This document shows, in pieces, positions 62,589 through 64,000 of a DNA stretch of 64,000 nucleotides. Every line of letters begins with the position of its first letter. Positions within the stretch are counted from its first letter, which is position 1. A program made the position numbers and the translations under genes. Below the pieces are notes generated by a model, which saw only the letters and a program-made list of their open reading frames with translations, did not search any database and had not been told where the DNA came from. This DNA comes from Paraphysomonas bandaiensis (Eukaryota > Protista > Chrysophyceae): positions 372,001 to 436,000 of the forward strand of contig CBFFRP010000288.1 in assembly GCA_965644295.1 (NCBI GenBank), in the 5' to 3' direction.

Positions 62589-63135
62589 ATGTATAGAGGA
62601 ATAGCTTTATTGTCTCTCCTTGTTGTCGTTGCATCTCAAGCCTCGGAGACAACGGATAATGGAATCATCGTATTTAGTCCTGAAACTGCAGAGGAGCTTA
62701 TCTTCTCATCCCCTATCAAGGTGCGAGTATAAGTAATTGTAAAATGTATTAGCTGATGATGTTGAACTGTAGAAACATTGCTTGTTTTTCACAGATGCAG
62801 ATGCGGACCATCATGATGATGCTGTCAGTATGTTCTCCTCCATTGCATCTCAGTACAATGGCGAACTCCTCGTCGTCAATGTTCCACATACAGAGGAGCA
62901 AATTTTAAATCACTTTGGAGTGAAAACTGGTACGAAACTAACGATATTTTATTCTGCATTAGAATAACAATGAATATATGATGCAGATGATCTCCCGGCA
63001 CTTGTCCTTGTTGATGCATCAGGACCCTCTGTACAAACTTTCCCGTATGGTGGCGATGTGCTGGATGTCGTCCGAGTTGGTGGATTTATCGGAGCTTTGT
63101 ATAACAGTGAATTAAGCGCTGGAAATGACCTATGA
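62589..63135 (+). CDS. Secreted/ER single thioredoxin-like (PDI b'-type) domain protein, 3 exons
   Basis: Signal peptide, FSPETAEELIFSSPIKKHCLFF, ILNHFGVKTDDLPALVLVD, ends GNDL. No CxxC. Confidence 0.7.
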
Positions 63136-64000
63136 GATAAATAGAATGAATATTCGGAGTAGCAGTGTGAAGTATATTTATGATTGGGTGGGAACTGTTG
63201 TGGCTTATTTAGTACTAGATGCACAAATTCGGTATATTGTATTAGTAGAAACGGCTTCAGTAAAACCATTCTTAAGTGTACATTCCAAATTGATTCCGTG
63301 TCCGCATAATAGCTAATTGTGCTAAACATGAGGTCCAGATTAACAACGCAACTACACAATATGTCAATCTGTAACTCAACAACAACAATGTTATATCTGT
63401 AGTAGTGATATTAGAATTTTGATTTAATATTGGTGATGTACTGTCAGAACACTTTAGTTGCTTGTGATTGAGTACTGTTAAGAATTGAGGACAGGTTACA
63501 TAGGAACAACCGAATATATATCAGAGATCATAGTAGTACAGCAGGAGCACTATCTTTTAGCTTGACTACTAGCTACTATATGTAAGTTTACGTGGTCAAT
63601 GAGCGATGAGTGTATTAATAAAATCACTTGGACATTAAGGGGTTAAACACAGTCTTTAGAACGGAAGTATTAGTGTATTAGTCAGTTAGTCAGCAACAGT
63701 ACGTAAAGAAAAGGTAAATTATCTTAGTAACAGCAAGTATATAGAGTAAGATTTCCCTTTATATCTTTTAATTAGTCAATACTAGTGATCTATTTGTAGC
63801 ATTTTATTCATACGTATAAGTCAGAGCTTAATCACTTACGTCGTGAAACACAAATATCCGTACTATTCAGCTCTTTGCATTATTATGATATACCATACAA
63901 CGTTAAAGTCAATAATGAACACTTCAATTACTTTAAATATATATACTATGCAAGTCTCTTGCTCTTGTGTATCTGTCGAATAGTCGAGCCATTTTGTGTC

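Noticed and set aside
1-64000. Non-canonical introns or alternative genetic code
   Set aside because: Every intron I reconstructed is GT-AG and restores the frame. TAA, TAG and TGA all terminate genes.

Overview
Eukaryotic, gene-dense, AT-rich window from a flagellated protist. The gene content suggests a stramenopile, possibly chrysophyte-like (inference). It holds about 21 protein genes with short canonical GT-AG introns (mostly ~45-65 nt), and 16 of them sit in eight head-to-head pairs. Non-coding features are an intron-containing tRNA-His(GUG) just upstream of a U3 snoRNA with Pol III-type signals, hAT-type MITEs, a dispersed ~500-bp repeat family and a near-perfect 430-bp tandem duplication of the MEIG1 3' end. 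The most striking feature is a ~2,900-aa IP3-receptor-family channel (45958-54778, minus). It has lost most IP3-binding residues, carries a complete S1-S4 voltage-sensor domain inside its cytosolic ARM region, has an altered pore filter and ends in a C2-like domain, so it may be a single-chain voltage-coupled Ca2+-release channel. Second is a six-intron Macro-like + SIR2_2 gene with bacterial immune-NADase-type architecture, divergently paired with a catalytically degenerate PRPP-synthetase homologue. All family assignments come from motif recognition by eye; no database searches were run.
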